A stretch of DNA of 64,000 nt from Lepidodermella squamata. Lineage: Eukaryota > Animalia > Gastrotricha. The DNA is taken from positions 4,278,001 through 4,342,000 of the forward strand of contig JBLDXI010000042.1 in NCBI GenBank assembly GCA_047495785.1, in the 5' to 3' direction. The notes beneath the pieces were generated by a model. It searched no databases. It was not told the origin of the DNA and saw only the letters and a list, made by a program, of their open reading frames with translations. Below are positions 1 to 10,103 of the stretch, in pieces. Made by a program: the position numbers and the translations under genes. Numbering within the stretch: the stretch's first letter is position 1; every line of letters begins with the position of its first letter.

Positions 1-2203
1 ACGTCGAAAACAGATCCAGCAACCTTAAATCGTATTAACTCTACAATATTGCCTATTTTCAGAAATTGATAGCTCGGTCGGAATTTCTTAAAAATTATAT
101 CGGGAGATAGATATCAATGATACGTTAATTATGCATATTTTTTTGAAATTTTTGTATTCATAATGTTGAAATCAACCGTCCCGAAAATTGTCGAGAACTG
201 ATGAAATTGGAATTTTGTGGCCGCTTTTGTTTGACGATAGAGCGGCGTCCCTATTTTGGGGAGCGACGAGCTTAGACTCATTTGAAAGCCAGCAAAAATT
301 ACTATCGGGCGTATCATTTTCATTCATTTTGGAGGAGACAGTTTTCGTAGAAATGAGAGAAAAAATGACCTTTTTTTTAATGCTTTTGTCTAGGCACGCG
401 TTGCTTTAATAAAAGCACGTTTTTGTTTACTTAGCAGATGGTGACCTTTGCAGCGCGAGATTTTGACAACATTAGAGGATCGAGAGTTTCACATCTTAAC
501 CTTTATCTATGGATTCATCTTTCGGCTTGCTGTTCCCTTTTCAAAGTACATCAAGAATTTAGAAAATCCGACTACATTCTTTTGATCGTTTTCTCCCCTC
601 TTATCGTATGGAGTAGGACTTATTAAATTATACTAACGCCAAAATGGGCACTGCGGAGAGACATCGGAAAGTCTGTTTCTTATTTCTTATCATCATTTAG
701 TCGGAAAAATGGGGAACTGAACTGGACGATTTGATTCAATTCTTTGCGGGATAGTATAAGGTTACGTTGTCAAACAATACTTATATTTTATATATGCTTA
801 AGAAATGAAAATCCATCTAAATGATCGAGTGAAAAAGAGGAGGAATCCAATGCGCTTTTGGAGTTAACAGCGAATAGTACGTGTCATAAGTATTCAAAGC
901 TAAAGTGAGCACTCGCTGAATTGTGGAGCAAAGCCACTGACAGTTTTAACCATGTAGCTAAGTGGTGGCAGATCGCAATTGTGAAGGGAAACAAGGGAAA
1001 AAGAAGGGAAGGACTTGGAAACACCAAAAGATTACCACCCCGTACGTCAGGCTTGTTGCCCTTGAAGCTGTCAGCCAGCACCGCTTTGGCCTGAACTGTA
1101 AACAAAATCTACGGCAAGATCCTGCTAGTATTTTACAGCCCGTGCTGAGGGCTCAGAAAATTTCGTTGACTTTTTTCATTGCCCTCGTCACTGACCTATT
1201 GAAACCCTCTCTTATAGCTCTGTTGCCTTATTCAAGTGCAATTTTGGGCTTCAAACATTTAAATCTAGATGTAATATTTTTATACTCGCGGTCTTGCGGA
1301 CTTCGAAACGGACTAAAGGAATCTGCTCTTTTGTTACTTTTGAATGGCATATTTTGCTGTTATGCCTGGTTAATCATACAGTCACATAGAGCCAAAAACA
1401 CATGAGAGCATAACTGCAGGAGCTAACTCCTTTGATGATAGACTTATCGCTACTCAAATTTGAATAAGTGAATCAGACCTCTTATGCTGGGGCCCGAGTG
1501 ATAACGGCTTTGATCGAAATTGATAGACCAGGTGACAAATACGCTAATAAGGTACACCTGTGGAGCCCCCTAAAATGTAATTAAATAAAAATCTAAACGT
1601 CAACTGCATACTCGATCAATGAGCGCTCTTCCGCTTGAAATGAAAAATTAGTTCAGTATTCAAGTTTTGACTCATTATCATCTATCATCTATAATTGATC
1701 CGATCCGAGATGCGATTAATCAGTTGAAGACTATTAATTGTAACGTAACTGTGTGGCCCTAATCTCTTGCCTGAAATCACTATTTATAAATTGCGATACG
1801 TACGTCTCAAGTTTGACAAGCTTTACATGACCAATTAAATTATAGCTTGGCAAAAAAATATGATCTATATCGCATAATTGGGACATCTTTAGTGAGCTAT
1901 TTACTGATAGTGATCGCGCATCCGCTAAACAGTTTCATTCACAAAAAACATTTGTCTGCGTTTTACGGTGGTTTTTAATATGATTCATATAATAAAAAGG
2001 AGGAGATAGGAGATATCCATCGGCGATTACAAGAGGTTCAATACACTATGAAGAGCGATGTTTGCAACTGTAACTAATTTGTACCCGATTTTCTGTTCAA
2101 ATGAGGAGTGCATTAGCTCTTCGGGGTATTACTATTTATCTTTCAACAGGTCCAATTAGGAGGGTAAACATGAGGACCCACGCCCCACGCTTGCTATCTC
2201 CAA

Positions 2204-2211
2204 TATATAAA
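2204..2211 (+). promoter_or_regulatory. TATA box of small secreted-protein gene copy 1
   Basis: TATATAAA about 60 nt upstream of ATG 2266; conserved at the same offset in copy 2 (20504-20511). Confidence 0.65.
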
Positions 2212-2265
2212 GACTGTAGTGATCAGGCCCGATATAACTAGAATACCCTTTGGCTTCTTTCTAAC

Positions 2266-2713
2266 ATGCAAACTATCAACTACTTTATTGCGATTACGCT
2301 ATCCGTGATTGTAAACAGCATAGCTGAAGAACTGGAAATTATGGCGGAAGTTGTACCAGTTCGTGAAGCTGTTTCTGAGGAAAACCCCATGTCCTTGAAA
2401 ACATTGATCCGGGTTCCGCCTCGGCTGGACGGTGATTATTTAAATCATTCCATGACCTGCCAATTATTGAGAATTTATTCATTTTGCAGCAAAGACAAGA
2501 ATCGGTCTAAGGCGGAGTGCTCAAGTAATATGGCAACAGTTACCGCATCAAACCCGGGGTCAGATTATACGGAAACTTCGCATGAAGAAATGTATAGAAC
2601 TCATTGGATCGCAAGCAATTTGTGACAATAGAGCATCATTCTATTTATGGGCTCAGTTCCTTGCGAAAGACATAATGGCTGGAAAGCTCGATGGCAAAAT
2701 TCGCATAGTCTGA
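2266..2713 (+). CDS. Small secreted protein (129 aa), two exons 2266-2431 and 2490-2713; signal peptide, acidic pro-like segment, cationic C-terminal region with two Cys
   Basis: A 58-nt GT..TTTTGCAG phase-1 intron joins MQTINYFIAITLSVIVNSIA..PPRLD to AKTRIGLRRSAQVIWQQLPH..KKCIELIGSQAIC..KIRIV*. The same structure occurs in the paralog, and exon-2 differences are mostly synonymous. Confidence 0.85.
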
Positions 2714-3460
2714 TTTTGAGTTTTGATTTTTCCGAATTAACAATTGATTCGAAAATTGCTAGCACTGGATTCTATCTAATAAAATTTGCCATTCGCCATT
2801 TTATTTTATACACACTTCCGTTGTACTGATATTTCAGCTCTCAGCAATCAGTGTAGAAAGTGTCCTCTCGATCTTTGAAATCTCCTCCTAGACGTTCGAT
2901 TTTGAATAATGATTGAATAAAGCCTGCTCTTTTGCAAATTTTGTTTATGGGATATAGCGTGGGTTTGAATAATGAGCTCACGTTACTGCGAAGCTTCCAA
3001 GGGAAGTGATGCTGGTTTTGTAAGAGTGAGAGGTGAGTGATAAGGGTGTCACCATAGTTCACGGAAGCACTGTAATGGTAACGCGATAATCGCTGTGACG
3101 TCGCGGAAAGGCGGGCACTTCGGAGAGACATCGAGCTGAGCGTCTGCTTTTTGTTAAACGCGAAGATTTAATTAATGAAATGAAACGGGATCGCGACCTT
3201 ATTTGTTGCTCTGAAGTTTGACATTAGTCGATTGGCACATATACTTATTGGTTAGCGGTTATTTATTGCAGAAAAGAAAGTATTAGTATTTGTAGAGAGG
3301 AAATTGCAATGAATGACGCAGGAAGAGTCCACAAATTTTACCGTGACGAATAAAAATCTCTGGAGCCGATTTGCAATAGTTTTGATGAAATCAGATTAAT
3401 TCCAGCGTGAATACGTGCTGCTCAAATAGGCTATCAATATTATCCTAGCCAATCTTGTCC

Positions 3461-4657
3461 TCATCTTGTCATCAAATAGAAAAAGCATCCATCGACGACG
3501 AGGAGGGTTATGGTGGAGGTGGTCGCTATTACCACGTCAACCAGCCTCAGAAGAGTCAACTCATGCGCGAAACCCATTGACTTCAATGAAACCTCACGGC
3601 GCCAGTAATGCATTCGAGCCATTTCAACGGCAGCCAAAGAGTAGCATGTGATAACGATGCCAGTTGCCATGTTGAAAACGACCAGATAAACCAGCCAGAC
3701 AGGTTCCGTTGTTCGTGGTATAGACGAGAAAACGATGTCTAAAAGCATCGTGAATGCTAGGACAGTAGTTATTCCAAAAGTTGGCCGATCAGGTAACTTG
3801 GGCGGCATCAAGAATTGTCCAAGGTGGAGGACCGTAATGCTAACGACAGGATAAACTATGCTAGTCATAAAATAATGGGATTTGCGCCTGAATTTTATGC
3901 CGAATTCCATTTTGTAGTTTGGAAATCCCGAGAAGTTTGCTAAGTAAGTTCTCGATCTAAGAGGAGGCACGAACTCCCAAATTTCAGTAGAATCAATGAA
4001 TTTTAAAATGTCGTTAATATCAAATTTTAGAACTCGGAATACCACTTTGTTGGTTTGTTCTACAGAGTAGAAAATGATGTCGCAATCAAGGGTGTCGAAC
4101 GGGAATTTTTGGTAGGCGAATGATCCGCAAGCCGTATCAATTGTTTTGATCGAAATGTAATAAGCCGATCGAGAGTGGCTGAACGGATACACAGTAACGC
4201 TCTTGATAGCGTCTTCAAATGGCGCCGATTGTTCGTAGCCATTTTGATGCATCAGAGTCGGATACCACGTTTCTTCTTTTTTCATGCTGATTTCAAGTGT
4301 TCTCATTCCCGAAACATTGCAAGCTTCGCTGCCGAAGTAGTCCTCACATGCGGTTGAACAATTGTACCTCCAGTTTACGGAGATTTCACCGAAAAGGGAC
4401 AGCTTCTTATTGGTGTCGTCGATTTGTACAAAGCGGTCGAGAAACCACCATATGTCGACTTCAATAGGATTTTTGAATTTCTTGTCCACAGCCATATGGC
4501 TAGGCAGATCAATTGCTGTCACGTAAGGGCACTTCTCGAGGTAGATTCGTCTGAACTGTGACCAATTGATAGTTTGGTTGAATCTGAATCTCTCCACCGA
4601 AAAATCATCACTCCAGACTATGGATGAGCACAAAATCATTGTAAGTATGCATCTCAT
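3461..4657 (-). CDS. Divergent Cys-loop ligand-gated ion channel subunit, subfamily A (A1), intronless, 398 aa
   Basis: Signal peptide, WYP loop A, Cys-loop CGSFAYQKFPFDTLDC, pre-M1 FRRK, four hydrophobic helices, M2 PDRPTFGITTVLAFTMLL. Confidence 0.93.
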   Translation of the reverse strand: MRCILTMILCSSIVWSDDFSVERFRFNQTINWSQFRRIYLEKCPYVTAIDLPSHMAVDKKFKNPIEVDIWWFLDRFVQIDDTNKKLSLFGEISVNWRYNCSTACEDYFGSEACNVSGMRTLEISMKKEETWYPTLMHQNGYEQSAPFEDAIKSVTVYPFSHSRSAYYISIKTIDTACGSFAYQKFPFDTLDCDIIFYSVEQTNKVVFRVLKFDINDILKFIDSTEIWEFVPPLRSRTYLANFSGFPNYKMEFGIKFRRKSHYFMTSIVYPVVSITVLHLGQFLMPPKLPDRPTFGITTVLAFTMLLDIVFSSIPRTTEPVWLVYLVVFNMATGIVITCYSLAAVEMARMHYWRREVSLKSMGFAHELTLLRLVDVVIATTSTITLLVVDGCFFYLMTR

Positions 4658-5389
4658 TGCGAGGAATCATTCGTATTCTATGTGGATTCTGAATCCATAA
4701 TATAATTTAATAAAAGACCCGCAGCATTACCTTTATGATTTCGAATTTCCGTCCAGGAAGCTGCTTCAATTTGGTGGTTAGTAAAATTAATAAACCAACC
4801 TCGCCAATAGCACTCAATTAACCGATTTTTTAGAATTCGCAATGCCATTATGGAGCCAAGTGTAGAGCAGAGAGCGATGTAGGACAGCAGAACTTAGTAG
4901 GATAAGGATAATCGACATGAAGGACCACCCTTCGGTCGATTTCCGACTGAGCTCCCAGTGCTGACCGATAGAACTGGTAGGGATGATCCCTACCATCCTT
5001 AGCAGTACTTCGCTCTCTGGTACAGAGGTCTAATACTGCTGCCAAATGTGGACTTGACAGATTATACTTACGCAAGGGTTACTTACGCTTAGGATCGTCG
5101 AATTTCATGAGAATCGTTACCATGAAATTTGTTCGCTATTTCGAATGATTAATTATATATGTTCTACCGTTGGCTCAAATAAGGCTATGGATCCGTTGGC
5201 TATGAATCAAATAAATAAGGGAATACTCTATTGATAGCTCTATTGATAGTAATCCTATTCCTACATGCGCACTATTTGGAACCCATTTTTGGGGTGTTAA
5301 AGAGACATAACCCTGTGAAAATAGCGTAAATAACCGCAGGCGACCGGCACCTGATGACGAACTTTTGGAGCACCTGATGGCGAACGAAC

Positions 5390-6301
5390 TCGGAGCCCAA
5401 TAGCGAACATTCTGTTTGTTCACCATACCGCTGAGGCTAAAAATGCATTCATCCGATGATAAAATTCGGGGCAAAAAAGCGATAGCTCGAAGTATTGATG
5501 TGCAAAAAGTGCGTCGGCGTTGGAAATCGAAAGGTTTCAGCTGTTGGGTGATCTGCATTTTGTAAGGATGAAATTTTAATTTTTCCCGTAAAAGAATGGA
5601 TGATTCGCTGAGCCGAAGAGCAATCGAACCCTGATGAGTGTTCGATATGGGATTAATCGCTTATGACTCTCTCGACATTACCAGCGTTGGTAACCTTCGG
5701 ACGGCCGCTGCGTGGCAAATCATGCACCCTCCCAGTTTTTTCTAACCGTTTAACCAATCGGCTAACAGTCGTCCGATGTACAGTGACAGTCAAAAGATCC
5801 GCACGGTGGAATTGAGGCGATGCTAGTTGAAATTTTTCGCACGTGCGAAATGAGGCTGTTTATTCCCAGCAAAACGGACCAAAACGACGCCTTTTTCACG
5901 ATCTCCAAAAATAGCTCCAAGGAAATGGGGATAGTTTCAATAATATGAATATATTCATGAGATGTCATGAAACTAGGACATTCTTAGTTAAGAGCTAAAA
6001 ATTGCAGAAAAATTTGAGCACTTAGAGTAAGGTTATAACAAATCAAAAATAATTTTTCCAAAATTTTTCTGACATAATTATCAACTTTGAGGGCCTCGGA
6101 ATATTAATTAGCACCTTATGAATATTCATATTTTTAAAACTATTAAAACTTCACAAACTTCTTGGTGTGTCCGAGTTACACTTTTTGTTTTTAGCTGAGT
6201 TTAACCCAAGCTTGGAGCTAAAAATAGTTCGGGCGCGTGTGAGATATTTTTAGTTTCAACTCAACAACTTCCTGACCGTGCGTAACTTTTGATTTTCACT
6301 G
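5390..6301 (-). mobile_element. Truncated Tc1/mariner-superfamily element with transposase pseudogene
   Basis: The minus strand gives TVSRLVKRLEKTGRVHDLPRSGRP (HTH/GRP linker), an in-frame stop, then FHPYKMQITQQLKP..SSDECIFSLSGMVNKQNVRYW (first D of the triad). A TA|CAGTGAAAATCAAAA terminus lies at 6301; the other end was not found. Confidence 0.85.
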
Positions 6302-8519
6302 TACATAAAACGACGCCAGGATTTTCTAGGCAAAATAATTCGGCTGTTTTCGCATACCTAATTATTTGTCCGGTAATATAACTTAACAATCCTGAGGCGC
6401 TGTTCGGTGGTGTATTTGAGAAAAACCATATTTTTAATTCAGTACTATAACGCGAGAGAAAAACATCGCCACCTGACGCGAGGATAGTGGCTCGTGCCTG
6501 CTTTCAGCGGTTTGCTCACAGTGCAGAACTTCTGACTCTGTCACTGTAGTATTTTGATTTGCGTTTTCAGGCAATAATCTCATCGAAATTGAACTGGAGA
6601 TGTCATTGAATGGTGCGATTGAACGCTCATAACTAAGCGGAAATTACACGGAAACTCAAAACTTGGAAATTACGAAATAACGAGAAACCCAAGAAACTCT
6701 GAACGCCGTTGATTGCTCGCACGTTGAAACAATTTTGAAATAAAATTTAGTTTTATGCACACTGAAACTTTTCGAGGCGAAGTTTTAGCGTTTTAGCACA
6801 AGTTCCATCATCATCTATATTGTTCAGATATGGCATACTTTGCTGTTGATGCGGCGGTAGCTGGCTGTCCGGAGCTGGAGCCCGACGATAAATAGGCGTT
6901 GGTCAGCCGCATGAAAGGTTTTATTGGTAATTTTTTCAGTTTTTTTCCGACTTTCGATCAACCTACTGAAGAGCATGGACGGCGATGAGTTTAACAAGGT
7001 ATTCAATACGGCTGGCTTGCGTATGGCGGCCACTAGGCTGCTTAACTTTCTTCGCGGAAGAAAACCGGTGGGTTAGCAACAACTTTATTTTACGCCTGGT
7101 CACTTTTTAATCAGTATTAAGGCTGTCTCATTGAAATCTCATGGAAATCTCAAAAGAAAACCTGTTCATGATCCATTGAAAGTGCAGATTGACGCGAAAG
7201 TTTATTTCGAAATATTCCTCATATGCTTTTATCATCTTTTAGCAATAAGAGCCTGAATAGCATAGGCTAAAAATTTAATCAAAAATATCTTCAGAATCTT
7301 TGATCAAGGAAACTCCGATATGATTAATGAGGTATTAGCAAGAGTTTTTTCTCTTTTCAGTCAAGCCTGACGATGTTATACTCGTGTTCTATAAAATCGC
7401 GAGACAGCAGACCGACGAAATCCATTGGCCATGCGACCGGCTTCGATCCTGAGCAAAATCGTGGTATCGTGGTTCATCGTCTGCCTTCAGGAAAGAGCGG
7501 CCACTGCTGTGTTACCTCGACTCTACGTTCATGTGTTCTCGAAGGGCTTCACAGCTTGCCGACCCCATCTTAGCTTCCCGCGGCGATGCAAAAGCAGATT
7601 TTTGATGCATATCGAGTGTTAGCTGGTGGCGATTCGATCGAAATTCAGCCTAATTTTGCCTAATTTTTTTCTACTTCCTTGATAATAACGTGACAGTAAT
7701 TCCTCCACCTTAATAATGATTTCTAAAAATTGTGTTTCTTGACATTATCGTCGTTTTACGGTTTAATTTCGTTAAAAACGGCCGAAATCAGCGACGAAGA
7801 GCAGAAATGGGAGCATTTGATTTAATTTCGAACAGCTGAAATAATGCGGATGAAATTGCGGCCGCCAATTACAAGCCAGTAATTCATTGGCGTGAAAACT
7901 TGGGTATGAACTGAGTTCTTGAGATTTCTCACACTAATTCATGATCATGGAATATGTTTCGTATTTTGAGCATGAATTCAGATACATTTTGAAAATCCTT
8001 GAATTAGGATACTCACAGGGCCCTAATTGATGGGATATCACAAGCTGAAAGTCCGATTTTTTATCACCCAAATTAGGGTGGTTTTTTTTTCTGGTGTATA
8101 TGACAACAATAGGACTAAAGTAGATCTTAGATTCGACTGGCATTACATGACAAATTCTAATTTGCCAGACAGTCTCATTTTATGATGATGCTTAAAAGGA
8201 CAACTCTGTGAGCCATTAGGATTACACAGTTTATGAGCATGGCTGATACTTCACTGAACAGGTGAGAATTCATATAACTACTAAAATGTTTTCCCGATCA
8301 AAAAAAGACGCCAAAAAGTAGCGTAACAGTTTAAATGAGGTTTACCCCAGTTAATGTTCAATCGAAGTGAACACAAGCAATTCGTGGTAATTTTGGTTTG
8401 CAAACTTGGTTTCAATTAAGGGTGTAAACATGAGGGACCCCTATTGATATGCCATAAACATGTCAGGCCTTCGTTAACGATGAACAGGTTGATCATTTTT
8501 CACTCCGTTTTTACTTCCT

Positions 8520-9830
8520 TCAAGTATGAAAATTAATAGCAAGCAGGGCCAATATTATTAAGGAAAAGTATGGCGAAGAACTAAGCATAAGAGCCGAGTT
8601 TGAATCTTTTCTGATCCTGTAAGATCCAATAATCGGCGGAACGGAGCGTTGAACAGTATAGATCGTGCCATCGTGATACGTCAATGTCTGGGGGTAAAAA
8701 GTAGTCTGCAGCACACTAGCGCCACTTGCTTTGTTGAAGGCCGTAAGATACGAGCATGCTTCTGTGAAAATAAAATCTTCAGTCACAATTAGGTGGGATC
8801 CGTACGGCTCCGCCAAGGCTTTGCATTGCATCGTTTTGACCCACTTTCCATCGGTGTTGCGGATAACTGCAATTGACGTTTTGTCCTCTGGTATAACGAA
8901 ATAAGTAAAATTTCCATCGCTAGCCATTATTGGCGAAATTGTAGTGCTGCTCACAGCTGAAGACGTCCATTTGACCAAGGGCGTAGGGGCTGTAAGGTCT
9001 ATACCATGCAAATTAGTCTGGCTTTTACCGTCCTTAAGCGCAAAGTTAATAGCAATAATCATATCGTTTACGACAATTGGTGTCCACGAGCCACCAAAGA
9101 TCGAACCCAGGGAAATCTCGTTCAAAATAGCTCCGGTAAGAGGATTCAATTCATAGAGCCGCCCAGAAGAAGAGATAAAGACCCGTTCCTCCTTATAGAT
9201 GGCTGACGAATAAACTGAGTTATCATTTACTCCCACATCGAATAACTCTAGAAAATCTGGTACTGACAGGGCTTTAACTCGTTTCGTGGTATTAGTTCCA
9301 GTTGCGTAAAGTATGCTGTTCTTCTGACTGCAGGACATGGTGAAACTGTCGGCAAAGAGTGCATCTTGCTCGTCATAAGTTTTATTTGATATTTGCTTCG
9401 TCTCAATATCTATTGCGAGAAACACCGACTTTCGAGGGTTTATCGTATTAATTCGAGAAATTAAATACGGCCTCCCATTACTGCCATAGCAGATCAAAGG
9501 TTGGGCTATCGTTTGGCCGAGCGTATTGGGGCTCTCTATGTTGATTGTTGCAGCTAATTCACCATCGGATTCGCGGACTAAGTGGAATGTGCCTTTGTCG
9601 CTTTGAAGGTAGATCAACCCTTGGAAGACCAAAGGCTGGTTAAGGATTGTGTATCCATCCACTGCCTTTTCCCAACGTTTGAAAAATTCCATACTAGGCG
9701 ATGCCTCGCCGAGAACATCAGGCCTGTAGCCGGAATGCGACGAATCACCACCCTCATTGGTCCACCACTCATCAGCTAGCGCTGATGAATTTAGGATAGC
9801 AAAAATGGCAAAAGCAAGTACAAATCTCAT
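8520..9830 (-). CDS. PQQ-like (BamB-type) beta-propeller repeat protein with signal peptide and probable GPI-anchor signal, intronless, 436 aa
   Basis: N-terminal WWTNEGGDSSHSGY, blade motifs (PLVFQGLIYLQSDKGTFHLVRESDGE; GRLYELNPLTGAILNE; LTAFNKASG), C-terminal SNSA + hydrophobic tail without cytosolic extension. Confidence 0.8.
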   Translation of the reverse strand: MRFVLAFAIFAILNSSALADEWWTNEGGDSSHSGYRPDVLGEASPSMEFFKRWEKAVDGYTILNQPLVFQGLIYLQSDKGTFHLVRESDGELAATINIESPNTLGQTIAQPLICYGSNGRPYLISRINTINPRKSVFLAIDIETKQISNKTYDEQDALFADSFTMSCSQKNSILYATGTNTTKRVKALSVPDFLELFDVGVNDNSVYSSAIYKEERVFISSSGRLYELNPLTGAILNEISLGSIFGGSWTPIVVNDMIIAINFALKDGKSQTNLHGIDLTAPTPLVKWTSSAVSSTTISPIMASDGNFTYFVIPEDKTSIAVIRNTDGKWVKTMQCKALAEPYGSHLIVTEDFIFTEACSYLTAFNKASGASVLQTTFYPQTLTYHDGTIYTVQRSVPPIIGSYRIRKDSNSALMLSSSPYFSLIILALLAINFHT

Positions 9831-10103
9831 TTTTCGTAACGTGAGAAGCGGAATAAAAGTTGCTAAAAAAAATGCTTTATATGCTCTAATTTTCTTCTTA
9901 TCAGTAGGCGATAAACGGACTTGCGGGGCTTAGCTGTTTAGTGCACAGTGGATATCCGAAATTTTTGGCAGAGCAGCTACGTCGTCTTACGTTGTAGTCC
10001 GGGTTTTGCATACCCGGACAAAAGGGTAGGGTGTATATTGTTTTGTTGACTGATTCTCGTCTTTTGTCAGCTATTATATGATTTGTATCGTTCTCTGACA
10101 GCA

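Larger units (their letters stand above)
635..4840 (+). repeat. Segmental duplication, copy 1 (small secreted-protein gene + Cys-loop receptor A1); copy 2 at ~18856-23085
   Basis: AACGCCAAAATGGGCACTGCGGAGAGACATCGGAAAGTCTG occurs at 635 and 18856, and colinear similarity continues through both genes and the receptor upstream region. End points are approximate. Confidence 0.9.

Noticed and set aside
6827-7451. Exon-like segments on the + strand (DMAYFAVDAA..; KPDDVILVFYK..)
   Set aside because: In-frame stop and no recognisable homology; possibly a relic but not supportable.
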